DNA from: an uncultured cyanobacterium
GTDB taxonomy: Bacteria; Cyanobacteriota; Cyanobacteriia; CAKZMO01
Assembly: GCA_963719515.1 (NCBI GenBank)
Contig: CAVRCJ010000003.1
Span: 160,001 to 224,000, forward strand
DNA length: 64,000 nucleotides
Direction of reading: 5' to 3'
Part shown: positions 9,904 through 19,292 of the stretch, piece by piece
How positions within the stretch are numbered: the first letter of the stretch is position 1
Layout of the letters: the number at the start of each line of letters is the position of its first letter
Program-made: the position numbers and the translations under genes
The notes under the pieces: generated by a model
What the model saw: the letters and a program-made list of their open reading frames with translations, nothing else
The model's database searches: none
What the model was told of the DNA's origin: nothing

Positions 9904-10803
9904 ATGTCGGAGGCAGTAAGGCCCCTGACGGTGAGGAGTGGAATGGCCCCTAGAGAGCTACTGGGTCCAACTGACAAGTTTTTCAACCTCAACCTGATTA
10001 TGTTTTTGGCGGCGGTGGCGATGGCAATCACCGCCGTCTTTGGCTATTGGCAGTGGAATTTTCCCCATTGGTGCTGCTTTGGCCTCAATGTGTTGGCGCT
10101 GCACCTCGTGGGGACGGTGATCCACGATGCGTCTCACAATGTCGCCCACCGCAACCGCATTATCAATGCCGCTCTGGGGCACGGCAGCGCCCTCATGCTG
10201 GGGTTTGCCTTCCCCGTGTTCACGCGGGTTCATATGCAGCATCATGCCAACGTCAACGACCCCGAGAATGACCCGGACCACTTTGTGTCGACCGGAGGCC
10301 CCCTGTGGATGATTGCCGCCCGGTTCTTCTACCACGAAGTTTTCTTTTTCCGCCGCAGGCTCTGGCGTAAGTACGAGCTGCTGGAATGGTTTCTCAGCCG
10401 CGCTGTGGTGGCGACAATTGTCTATCTGGCGATTCAGTACGACTTTTTGGGCTTCATCTTCAACTATTGGTTCTCGCCCGCTTTGGTGGTCGGCATTGCC
10501 CTAGGCCTGTTTTTCGACTACTTTCCCCACCGCCCTTTCCAGGAGCGCGATCGCTGGAAGAACGCTCGCGTTTATCCCAGTCCGGTGCTCAACCTGCTGA
10601 TTATGGGTCAAAACTACCACCTGATTCACCACCTGTGGCCGTCAATTCCCTGGTACCACTATCAGACGGCGTATCGGGCAACTCAGCCGCTGCTCGACGA
10701 GAAGGGCTGCCACCAGACGCTAGGGCTGTTTCAAGGGAAAGACTTTTTTAGCTTTATGTATGACCTGTTCTTGGGCATTCGCTTCCACGGGCATCGGCCT
10801 TAA
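9904..10803 (+). CDS. crtR: Beta-carotene hydroxylase
   Basis: His boxes HDASH, HMQHH, HLIHH; NDPENDPDHFVSTGGPLW. Confidence 0.93.
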   Translation: MSEAVRPLTVRSGMAPRELLGPTDKFFNLNLIMFLAAVAMAITAVFGYWQWNFPHWCCFGLNVLALHLVGTVIHDASHNVAHRNRIINAALGHGSALMLGFAFPVFTRVHMQHHANVNDPENDPDHFVSTGGPLWMIAARFFYHEVFFFRRRLWRKYELLEWFLSRAVVATIVYLAIQYDFLGFIFNYWFSPALVVGIALGLFFDYFPHRPFQERDRWKNARVYPSPVLNLLIMGQNYHLIHHLWPSIPWYHYQTAYRATQPLLDEKGCHQTLGLFQGKDFFSFMYDLFLGIRFHGHRP

Positions 10804-10805
10804 CT

Positions 10806-11190
10806 CGACTACTCCCATGGCTAAAAAGCGTGGGAGTAGTCAAGCTGCCCGAAGATGTTTCTGCTTCGCAGCACCTGCCTTGCGAGACTTACTCTCTATG
10901 CGCGAAGCGCAGGCTTCGCCAACGGGTCTTACGGTTGCTCGGTATAATGCACCCCGAACAGGCTCTGAGCACTGCTGCTTTTGTCCCATCCATTGCGCGC
11001 TGACAGGTCGGAGACGAGGTCTAAGTGAAGAATACGCTGAACGGGCTCAGCGCCTCCATCCCATATCGACTATTCCTTCCACCGTGCCGGTCCGGTAGCG
11101 CTGTCAGCACCTGGCGGAACGTCCTCTGCTGCTTTGCCACTGACAATCACTCAGGGAGATTTCACCCGTTTCATGCGAAAGGTCTGAATT
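10806..11190 (-). ncRNA. Candidate structured non-coding RNA, family not recognised
   Basis: No credible ORF; several nested hairpins and a long-range helix (11101-11110 with 10997-11006); ends in a strong hairpin. Strand is inferred from G-U pairings. Confidence 0.4.
10807..10841. terminator. Strong hairpin after crtR, possibly bidirectional; resembles an IS605 right-end palindrome
   Basis: GACTACTCCCA-tggctaaaaagcg-TGGGAGTAGTC, 11-bp perfect stem. Confidence 0.65.
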
Positions 11191-11321
11191 TATAGCTTTG
11201 GCCGCATTGCTTCTAAGAAACTGCTAGTTTCTTCTTAGGCTGACCCGCTACGCAGCGGGTCAGTTGATTAGGACAGTGTCGCGGGCTCAAACCGTGACAC
11301 ATCATAGGCAATGCTATAAGC

Positions 11322-11348
11322 AGGGACACGGCATTGCCACGTCCCTAC
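11322..11348. repeat. GTAG-type REP-like palindrome
   Basis: AGGGACacGGCattGCCacGTCCCTAC; a related copy lies at 47526-47554. Confidence 0.6.
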
Positions 11349-11422
11349 TTCTGCTTTGAGAAGCTTCTCAAACAGATGCCCCAATCCTGGACGGGGCTAG
11401 AAATTGATCAGGCCTCGCGAGC

Positions 11423-12616
11423 CTACCCGCGAATTGCCTCACTAGTTTCTTGATCGGCGTAGAGCGGGTAGCGCAGCGTAGCCGCCACGGGCGAATCCGA
11501 GGGCATTGACCGACTATAGACCGCGCCGCTGTTGGCAAGCACCTGAATTACCGCGATATTCATCAGATCGCTGCTCTCGGGGTGGGCTTGTTCATGCAGC
11601 TCGACGTGGGCCGACTTGGCGTCGTAGGTGCCCCACTGCGATCGCTCCGGTTCTAGAAACAGCGTCTCCACCTGACCGCGATGGGCCGCCACTAAAATGT
11701 CCTTGATCTGGTTGGTGATTTTGTCGGTGTCCGATAGGCGCTCGTAGGTTTCCCAAGCCTTGTTCACCTCCTCTTCTATCAACGGTTTAAACAGTGCTAG
11801 GGCCTGCTGCTGCAGGTCAGAAATCTGCTCGGCCTCCGGGTTGCCGCTCAAGCCTGAGCCCATGAGGTTCGGGTACTTGCTGGCCTGCCGGAAAATATCT
11901 TGAACAAATTCAACCCCTGCCAAAACCAGAGGCAGCGGGTTGTCGCGGGCTGCGTCACAAAGGGCATTGTCGATCTGCTGACAGTAGCGCTGAATTCTAA
12001 CCTTTTCGTTTTCGTCGGTAGTCCCCACGCCCTGGCCATGATAGATCGCTGTACGGGCACTCTGGCTTTGGGCCCCGCTGGAGTGATATTGGGTCTGCGC
12101 TTCGGGGTCGTCGTACTTGAGCGCTTCTTCCAGGCTGTTGGGCAGGTCCTCTAGGGAGACCGACTTGATGTGGTTTGGGGACGCGCCGTAGAGCTGCGCT
12201 TCGTTCTGGCTCAGGGACAGCAGCAGGAAATTCCCGGCCTGGTGCAGCACGGGCAATAGAGGAGTGATGTGGAAGCGATCGCCCACAACGACTAGCTCGC
12301 TCAACGCATAGTCAACCGAGTATATTTTGTCAAAGGACTCCCCCAAAAATAGCGCTAGCCCCTGACTTTGGTGCTCCCAAAACTTATACTGGGAATCGTC
12401 CAGCAGCTGGGTGGCGGGTGAGAGAAGACTGTCTATAGCGTCAGCATCACGGCCCAAGCTGATGAGCTGCTGGCGGGCATGGTCCAGAAGATTTTTAAGT
12501 CGGATGGGATCCTGTCTAATTTCCTGGCCCGCGACGTGCGTCGGCATATAGAGAGAGACACAGGTCTCTTTAGCTGCTTCAGCGATGAAGGTAACGTCGG
12601 ACTTTGTAATTGACAT
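11423..12616 (-). CDS. Bacterial archaeo-eukaryotic release factor family protein (baeRF3/baeRF7-like)
   Basis: CVSLYMPTH...QDPIRLKNLL, GLALF, FHITPLLP, HGQG, PLVLAGVE, GQVETL, LRYP. Confidence 0.75.
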   Translation of the reverse strand: MSITKSDVTFIAEAAKETCVSLYMPTHVAGQEIRQDPIRLKNLLDHARQQLISLGRDADAIDSLLSPATQLLDDSQYKFWEHQSQGLALFLGESFDKIYSVDYALSELVVVGDRFHITPLLPVLHQAGNFLLLSLSQNEAQLYGASPNHIKSVSLEDLPNSLEEALKYDDPEAQTQYHSSGAQSQSARTAIYHGQGVGTTDENEKVRIQRYCQQIDNALCDAARDNPLPLVLAGVEFVQDIFRQASKYPNLMGSGLSGNPEAEQISDLQQQALALFKPLIEEEVNKAWETYERLSDTDKITNQIKDILVAAHRGQVETLFLEPERSQWGTYDAKSAHVELHEQAHPESSDLMNIAVIQVLANSGAVYSRSMPSDSPVAATLRYPLYADQETSEAIRG

Positions 12617-12898
12617 GGTTGGAAATTAGCTACTGAAAAAACGGGTCGTACTGTGGCTGAAGTGAGTCAAGCATCGTTAGGCTCCCGCTGCCGTCGCGGA
12701 GCCCAGCTTTTGCTTTCAACAAAGATCAGCAAAATATTTTCCACCTTAACAGCCTTAGAGCGCGCCCCCCTCCCTCAATCGAAAGAAGTTAAAAGATCTC
12801 CCGCCTGACGGGCCATTCCGCCTCGAATTCTGTGATACGCTCTGTGCCATCATCGATTCACCCGATAGCCATACTTCCGACTTAGAGGACGTTACGAC

Positions 12899-13921
12899 TT
12901 GCGCTTAAACCAGTGGATTAGCCTCGTTGCCCTGTTCATCAGCATTTATATTCTTTGGCAAATTCGGCCAATTTTGCTGTTGTTCATCACGGCCATTGTG
13001 CTGGCGACGGCGCTCAATCGGGTGGTCAGCGCGATGCGGTCCACCGTCAAGGTACAGCGGTGGGTCAGCGTTGTCACAGTTCTAATTCTAGTAGTGCTGC
13101 TGCTGACCGCGTTCTCCATTATTGTCGTGCCGCCGTTTGTCGATCAGTTTGAGCAGCTCACTCTGCTCGTGCCGATAGGAGTTGAGCGCATGGGAATTTG
13201 GATTAGAGATCTGCAGGACATCTTGCCTGAGGCGATCGCAGATAACCTCAGGCAGTTCCTCAATCAGTTCTTTCAGTCTCCCCGCTCCATCATTTCCAAC
13301 GTCTTTGATAACTTTTTCTCAATTTTCTCCAACACCCTCAGCGTGCTGCTCGACAGCCTGCTGGTGATCATCTTGACGATTATGCTGCTGTCGAGTCCGC
13401 TGAGCTACCGCAGCGTCTTTCTCAACCTGGCTCCGGCCTCGTACCGCGATCGCTTTGACGAAATTTTGGATAAATGCGAGTCCGCCTTAGGGGGATGGGC
13501 CATCGGCATTATCTTCAATATGCTCGTCATCACGGTACTTAGCGGCATTGGGCTCTGGGCCTTGGGGGTGCCCCTAGCCTTAGTCAACGCTCTAATTGCT
13601 GGAGCGCTGACGTTCATCCCCAACTTTGGCCCGGCTCTAAGCGTTATTCCCCCCGCTATTATCGCGCTGATTGACTCCCCCTGGAAAGCGCTGGCGGTGG
13701 TAATTCTATATGTTGTCATTCAGCAGGTGGAGAGCAACCTGCTGACGCCCCTGGTAATGAGACGCCAGGTGGCGCTACTGCCCGCCTTCACGCTGCTGGC
13801 GCAGGTGGGCTTTGCCGCATTCTTTGGCTTCTTAGGGCTGTTTCTAGCCCTGCCCTTAGCGATCATTGGGCAGGTGCTAATTCGCGAGATTGTGGTGAAA
13901 GATATGCTCAACCACTATTAG
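12899..13921 (+). CDS. AI-2E family transporter
   Basis: FIPNFGP, QQVESNLLTPLVM, GFLGLFLALPL; multi-TM. Confidence 0.9.
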   Translation: MRLNQWISLVALFISIYILWQIRPILLLFITAIVLATALNRVVSAMRSTVKVQRWVSVVTVLILVVLLLTAFSIIVVPPFVDQFEQLTLLVPIGVERMGIWIRDLQDILPEAIADNLRQFLNQFFQSPRSIISNVFDNFFSIFSNTLSVLLDSLLVIILTIMLLSSPLSYRSVFLNLAPASYRDRFDEILDKCESALGGWAIGIIFNMLVITVLSGIGLWALGVPLALVNALIAGALTFIPNFGPALSVIPPAIIALIDSPWKALAVVILYVVIQQVESNLLTPLVMRRQVALLPAFTLLAQVGFAAFFGFLGLFLALPLAIIGQVLIREIVVKDMLNHY

Positions 13922-13960
13922 CGATCGCTCTATGGTTTTGCGGCCCTGGGGACGCTACCC

Positions 13961-14233
13961 CTAAGCAACGGTAGGCTGCTCGCGCACCTGAAGTTGGCTA
14001 CAGGGGACAACCTGGGGAGCAGAGCCAGCATGAGCAAAGATTTCTACCGAGGCCGCGTGCGGGGCGTCAAAGAGCAGGCGCTCGCTTGGGAAGACCACCT
14101 TTTCGAAATAGAAGTTGGCGATACTACTAATTCTCAGCACCTGAATATCTGTACTCTGGTTGACGTAGTAGCAGAGGATGCTGTCTTCAGTCTTGGCGGG
14201 GCTTGAAGCAGATGAAATGATCATAGGGTTCAA
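13961..14233 (-). CDS. DUF1830 domain protein
   Basis: CYYVNQSTDIQVLRISSIANFYFEKVVFPSERLLF...VPCSQL. Confidence 0.8.
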   Translation of the reverse strand: MNPMIISSASSPAKTEDSILCYYVNQSTDIQVLRISSIANFYFEKVVFPSERLLFDAPHAASVEIFAHAGSAPQVVPCSQLQVREQPTVA

Positions 14234-14413
14234 GGAAGGGAAATAATGACGGGCCTAAGGGGGCGATAGTGATCCCACAATATCGTAACCAATTGTTAAG
14301 TCTGATGCCCTGTGGCTGCTCGGCGTGAGCAGTCTAGCTGCGCAGCTGTGGATCAATCGATATCGGCCAAATCGCTGTGGGACCAGCTGCAGTCAACATA
14401 CCCAAGAATCGAC

Positions 14414-14926
14414 CTAAGCTATCTTTGGCGCTATTGCCTGAATTACGCCGAGCTGGGCCGCTGTCGGATGAGCTGCTGGATGAACCTGCTGCACCCACTG
14501 AAGCGCCTGCCAAAGCGGAACCCGGTGATATTGGCATAAGTAGGCCAATACCACCGTAGGCGATCGCTCTACCCCAGCTAAGCAGTGAACGTAGATAGAG
14601 CGACCCGCCTGGACGGTCTGATGGATGAGAAGTACTGCTTCACTGAGGCACTTGGGGTCTAGCCGCTCCGCGTAGCGACTATCGGGGAGCACAATGCGCT
14701 GGCAGTCGAATTGACGCACAACAGCGTCGGACAGTCTGCCTTCGGCTTCACCACAAAGAGACAGCACAACCTGAATGCCGGCAGCGGCCAAGATAGCCCC
14801 ATCGCGGTGGCCAGGAAGACGGCCCAAGGCGACGGTGCCGGGCAGCACCCAGCTCACCTGCAGCGGTGGTGCGGTGGGTTGGCAAAGGCGGCTTAGCCAC
14901 TTGTAAGGACTTTGGGACCGATTCAT
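14414..14926 (-). CDS. Dual-specificity protein phosphatase
   Basis: HCLAGVERS (HCX5R); start re-called at ATG 14926 (MNRSQ). Confidence 0.85.
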   Translation of the reverse strand: MNRSQSPYKWLSRLCQPTAPPLQVSWVLPGTVALGRLPGHRDGAILAAAGIQVVLSLCGEAEGRLSDAVVRQFDCQRIVLPDSRYAERLDPKCLSEAVLLIHQTVQAGRSIYVHCLAGVERSPTVVLAYLCQYHRVPLWQALQWVQQVHPAAHPTAAQLGVIQAIAPKIA

Positions 14927-15140
14927 GCGCTCTTTTATTAATGAATTAATGACGACAGCAAGAAAGCAGCTGCAGAGGGCGATTGGCCGACTGCAGCCGC
15001 CCATAACAGTTGGATGACTACTACTACACTCACTATCAATTTTCAGAGGGGAGCTTGCTCCATCAGGACGGTCCTGAGGTAGGGCGCTGGCTTTCATCCC
15101 TTGAAGACAGACTCAAGAAAGTCATCCACTGTTAAAGCCA

Positions 15141-15240
15141 CCCCACGGTGGCTTAGTCATCCTGACGGTCCTAGTAGAGTCAAAAAGTTACCCCATCATG
15201 GCTGAGTCGTCCTGACGGCCCTAGTGGAATCAAGCAGATA
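15141..15240. repeat. 50-bp tandem direct repeat (2 copies, 39/50 identical) with degenerate copies upstream
   Basis: ccccacggtggcttagtcatcctgacggtcctagtagagtcaaaaagtta / ccccatcatggctgagtcgtcctgacggccctagtggaatcaagcagata. Confidence 0.8.
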
Positions 15241-15291
15241 GAACTTAGGAGCCTGCCACCCCACAACTGCAGTTCGAGGATAGAACACAAT

Positions 15292-16416
15292 ATGCCAGCA
15301 TCCCGACAGACCAGATCTAGGTCAAACGCCACGCCGAATCATCCGGCGCACAGGCGGCCCCGCAACTCTCAGTTGTCTCGGTGGGGACTAGGTTGCCGTG
15401 CGGTGCTGCCTGCTGTGGTCGGTCTAATGGGGCTAGGCTGGCTTGCCCCGACCTACGCTGCTGCCAACGCAATTTATCTCTCCCAGGCTTCTGCGCCGGC
15501 TAGACCAACCGCCTACACGCTGGGGGCCGGCGATCAGGTGCGCGTTGACGTCTTTGATGCCCCGGAATACACCGGAGAGTACCAGGTGCTGTCCGATGGC
15601 ACCATCAGTCTGCCGATGGTCGGCGTTGTCCAGATTTCCGGACTGACTTTAGAGGGGGCTGCGAGCACCCTATCCGCGCGGCTGAGCCCTATCTTACGCC
15701 GACCGATTGTAACGATGCAGCTGCTCAACGCTCGTCCGGTTAACTTTGCCATTGCTGGGCAAATCAACCGCCCCGGAGCCTACACTCTAGACACCGATGC
15801 GATCGACGCCCCAACGGTAACCAACGCGATTCAGCTGGCGGGCGGCATCACCCCAAAGGCTAACATCCGCGATATCCAGGTCATTCGCGTCGACCCGCTA
15901 ACCCGGCAGCCTCAACAGGTATTCGTGGCCAACTTATGGGAGCTGGTTCGGCAAGGGGATTTGCAGCAAGACATGGTTTTGCAGGATGGCGATCGCGTCA
16001 TCATTCCTGAAGCTGCCAACCTCGAAAATGAGGAGCTGACCGAGCTCGCCTCTGCCAACATTTCCCCCGAGGTGATGACGGTAAACGTGGTGGGGGAGGT
16101 CTCTAGCCCCGGCAGCATTGCCCTGCCGCCCAACACGCCGCTCAACCAGGCGATTCTCGCCGCAGGCGGCTTCAGCCGTCAGGCCCGCAAGAAGCGTGTG
16201 GAGCTGCTGCGGCTCAACCCTAACGGCAGCGTTACTCAGCAGGAAATTGAGGTGGACCTAGCGGCGGACGCCAGCAACAGCGTCAACCCGCTGCTGCGGC
16301 CTAACGACACCATCGTGGTTGAGCCGTCTACTTTCTCTCGGGTCACCCGGCGCATTGGGGATGTGGTTGCCCCGATTGGCGGCATCTTTTCTCTATTCAG
16401 AATCTTCGGGCTCTAG
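15292..16416 (+). CDS. Polysaccharide export protein (Wza/OPX family, SLBB domains)
   Basis: YTLGAGDQVRV, DGTISLPMVG, GQINRPG, GEVSSPG, LRPNDTIVV. Confidence 0.9.
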   Translation: MPASRQTRSRSNATPNHPAHRRPRNSQLSRWGLGCRAVLPAVVGLMGLGWLAPTYAAANAIYLSQASAPARPTAYTLGAGDQVRVDVFDAPEYTGEYQVLSDGTISLPMVGVVQISGLTLEGAASTLSARLSPILRRPIVTMQLLNARPVNFAIAGQINRPGAYTLDTDAIDAPTVTNAIQLAGGITPKANIRDIQVIRVDPLTRQPQQVFVANLWELVRQGDLQQDMVLQDGDRVIIPEAANLENEELTELASANISPEVMTVNVVGEVSSPGSIALPPNTPLNQAILAAGGFSRQARKKRVELLRLNPNGSVTQQEIEVDLAADASNSVNPLLRPNDTIVVEPSTFSRVTRRIGDVVAPIGGIFSLFRIFGL

Positions 16417-16569
16417 CCTGTCGGTGCGTCCGCCTAAAGTGGTAGAAAAAGGCAGTAAACTAGCGATCGCAGCAAAGGCCTGAAAAGCTACTATGGGTTA
16501 GGTGTAGTCGTATAAGCTGTCTTTGCGGCGATATCTACTTCTCTAGATTAAGCGATTCTAGATCAAGCA

Positions 16570-17352
16570 ATGCGTGATCCCATTATCGAGCTGAAGGGTA
16601 TCAGCAAGACCTTTGGCAGCAACCGCGTTCTCGACGGTATTGATTTGACCCTACACCGGGGCGAGGCGCTAGCTATCATTGGCCCCTCGGGGACGGGAAA
16701 ATCTACCGTTTTGCGCATCATCGCCGGGTTGCTGCTGCCCGACGAGGGAGAGGTATACGTCGACGGTGTTCGGCGTGAAGGTCTGGTGGAGAACAACCCT
16801 GACCCCATCGACGTGGGTATGGTATTTCAGCAGGCGGCACTTTTTGATTCGCTAACGGTGGACCAAAACGTGGGGTTTTTGCTCTACGAGCATTCGAAGC
16901 TGCCGCGCCATCAGGTGCGCGACATCGTCGACCACAGCCTCAAAATGGTGGGGCTCTCCGACATCGGCGATCGCTTCCCTGCTGAGCTATCAGGCGGCAT
17001 GAGAAAGCGCGTCAGCTTTGCCCGGGCCATCATCTCCAGCCCTGAAAAAGAAACCAAAACTCCCGACCTACTGCTTTACGATGAGCCGACGGCGGGTCTC
17101 GACCCGATTGCCTCAACCGTTATTGAAGACTTAATCCGCGACATTCAGTGCCACGAGTCGGGCTGCGGCACCTACGCCATCGTCACCCACCAGGACAGCA
17201 CAATTCGCCGCACCGCTGACCGGGTGATCTTCCTGCATCAGGGCAAAGTCCGCTGGCAGGGCACGGTTGATGAAATCGACACCACCGACGACCCGGCGGT
17301 GCGCCAGTTTTTCAGCGGGAAGGTCGAAGGGCCGATTCAGGTGGTCAACTAA
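16570..17352 (+). CDS. MlaF/TGD3-like ABC ATPase
   Basis: GPSGTGKST, FQQAALFDSL, LSGGMRKRVSFARA, YDEPTAGLDP; adjacent to an MCE gene. Confidence 0.88.
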   Translation: MRDPIIELKGISKTFGSNRVLDGIDLTLHRGEALAIIGPSGTGKSTVLRIIAGLLLPDEGEVYVDGVRREGLVENNPDPIDVGMVFQQAALFDSLTVDQNVGFLLYEHSKLPRHQVRDIVDHSLKMVGLSDIGDRFPAELSGGMRKRVSFARAIISSPEKETKTPDLLLYDEPTAGLDPIASTVIEDLIRDIQCHESGCGTYAIVTHQDSTIRRTADRVIFLHQGKVRWQGTVDEIDTTDDPAVRQFFSGKVEGPIQVVN

Positions 17353-17499
17353 CCTACCGCTGGGCACCAGCAGTAGCTCCCCCGTGAGCTGATCATCGCG
17401 CTTTGGATCATCGCTATGATGAATGGACCATTGCTCTGGTAGGTTTAAAGCGGCAGAAACCGCAGGTCTCACCCGTCACTTCATTGCAGGCACCGCACT

Positions 17500-18756
17500 A
17501 TGCGATCGCGAATTGTTAGAGAAGGCTCCATTGGCTTACTCATTCTGGTGGGGTTCGTTATTTTGGGAGGACTGGTGTTCTGGCTTCGCGGGCTGCGGTT
17601 AGGCGGGCAGAGCTACCGGATCAACGCAGATTTCAAGACGGTTGCGGGAATGCAGCCGGGTGCTCCGGTGCGCTATCGCGGCGTTCAGGTGGGGCGCATT
17701 CAGGCCGTAGAGCCCGGAACCAACAGCGCCCGCGTCGTCATCGAAATTGCCTCCGGCGATTTGATTATTCCTGAAAACGCGATTGTTGAAGCCAACCAGG
17801 TGGGTTTGATTGGCGAAACCTCCATCGATATCGTGCCGCAGGCTACCCTATCAGCAGCGGCGCTGGAGATGAGCCCCTTAGGAGAATCCTGTGACCCAGC
17901 GCTGATTTTGTGTGATGGCGCTGTTGTGAGCGGGGTCGAGGGCGTGAGCTATGACACTCTAATTCGCACCACGGCCCAGCTAGCGGAGCGGTTTGACAAT
18001 CCCGAGCTTGTGGCAGAAATTGAGGAGCTGGTGACCAACACGTCGGATGCGGCGGCGGGGGTAACCGAGCTGACGGAGGAGGTGACGGACCTCACCGAAG
18101 CCATTCAGGGTGAACTGGGAACGCTTTCAAAATCGGCGACTGCTACTACTGATTCAGTGGCTCGGGCGGCTCAACAGTTTGAGTTAACTGCAGCTCAAAT
18201 TGAAGCGCTTCTCAGAGAAAACCAGTCCTCTCTTGCCTTCACTCTGGCCAATATCGGGCGAGCGAGCGACCAAGTGCAGCTCGTGCTGGCGGGGCTGTCC
18301 CCGGCGGTGGAAGACGGCGAACTCGCCGAAAACCTGGTGGTCCTCTCTGACAACGCCGCCGCCGCCTCTGAGAACCTACGCGAAATTTCCGAATCGTTCA
18401 ATCAGGCTGACACGGTAGTGCAGCTGCAGCGAACCCTAGACTCAGCCTATGAAACGTTTGAGAATGCGCGAAAGATTACGGCTGACCTAGATGCCCTCAC
18501 TGGGGACCCTGAGTTTCGCAACAATTTACGAGACTTGGTGAACGGGCTAAACGGGCTAGTATCCATGACCGAGCAGCTAGAGCAGCAGGCAGAGACAGCG
18601 CAGCTCTTCTTAGATTCGCCGCCTGCATTGCCGACGGTAGACCCAGTGATGGTAGACCCGTTGCGGCCAGAACCAGTCAGACCAGAACCAGCGCGGCGGC
18701 CGCAGCCGCTCGCCCGCCGCGCTGGCGAAAGTCCCTCCAGTGGCTCTTTGCAGTGA
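17500..18756 (+). CDS. MlaD/MCE (TGD2-like) protein
   Basis: N-terminal TM, GAPVRYRGVQVG, GLIGETSIDI, helical C-terminus. Confidence 0.9.
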   Translation: MRSRIVREGSIGLLILVGFVILGGLVFWLRGLRLGGQSYRINADFKTVAGMQPGAPVRYRGVQVGRIQAVEPGTNSARVVIEIASGDLIIPENAIVEANQVGLIGETSIDIVPQATLSAAALEMSPLGESCDPALILCDGAVVSGVEGVSYDTLIRTTAQLAERFDNPELVAEIEELVTNTSDAAAGVTELTEEVTDLTEAIQGELGTLSKSATATTDSVARAAQQFELTAAQIEALLRENQSSLAFTLANIGRASDQVQLVLAGLSPAVEDGELAENLVVLSDNAAAASENLREISESFNQADTVVQLQRTLDSAYETFENARKITADLDALTGDPEFRNNLRDLVNGLNGLVSMTEQLEQQAETAQLFLDSPPALPTVDPVMVDPLRPEPVRPEPARRPQPLARRAGESPSSGSLQ

Positions 18757-18775
18757 GATCAGCCGCAGCGCTTAT

Positions 18776-19273
18776 TTAACTGGCCGTCACGTAGCTCTCC
18801 AAGTTCTCAGACTCGAGCTGCCGCAGCAGGCTCTTCGCCCGGTTGGTGACGTTGGGGGCTCCTTGAACAATCAAGAGGTGCTTTCCCTGCTTCAACCACT
18901 TGGCGTAGGGAGGGGTTGTGGTTTTGCCAAAAGGCGTAATTTTTGAGCTGGTGAACAGGCTGCCCAATAGGCCCGCGATCGCCCCCAGCAGGCCGCCAAC
19001 TATGTGGTTGGCTTGCGGTCCCCAAGCAGCCACCAAATCGTATTGGGTTGATAGGTTGAAGGCGTAGCCTCCCATAAAGCCAAACGGCACTAGCCAATAG
19101 GCCATGAATCGTTTTTGGCCGCTGCGGAGGCCCAGAAAGGCTAGGTCGCTATTGACTGAGGTATTGCGGCCAGCCACGGTCACCTGTTCGGCAGGAATTC
19201 CGTTTTCTTGCAGGTGTGTCTGGGCAGCACTGGCCGCGGCGCTATCGAGAAAGACGGCAATAACGTAGTTCAT
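18776..19273 (-). CDS. Hypothetical membrane protein
   Basis: MNYVIAVF..., WLVPFGFMGG, Gly-rich TM hairpin. Confidence 0.7.
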   Translation of the reverse strand: MNYVIAVFLDSAAASAAQTHLQENGIPAEQVTVAGRNTSVNSDLAFLGLRSGQKRFMAYWLVPFGFMGGYAFNLSTQYDLVAAWGPQANHIVGGLLGAIAGLLGSLFTSSKITPFGKTTTPPYAKWLKQGKHLLIVQGAPNVTNRAKSLLRQLESENLESYVTAS

Positions 19274-19292
19274 GGCTCTTAGTAGGTAAATA

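Noticed and set aside
10760..11098. 112-aa plus-strand ORF
   Set aside because: Overlaps the end of crtR, has Cys/Arg-rich non-protein-like composition and crosses a strong hairpin
10843..11200. rnpB, tmRNA, 6S RNA, cobalamin or TPP riboswitch, group II intron
   Set aside because: Diagnostic motifs (GAGGAAAGTCC, tRNA-like ends, B12 box, domain V) were not found on either strand
15055..15240. Mini CRISPR array
   Set aside because: Units are similar along their whole length with no unique spacers, and there are no cas genes
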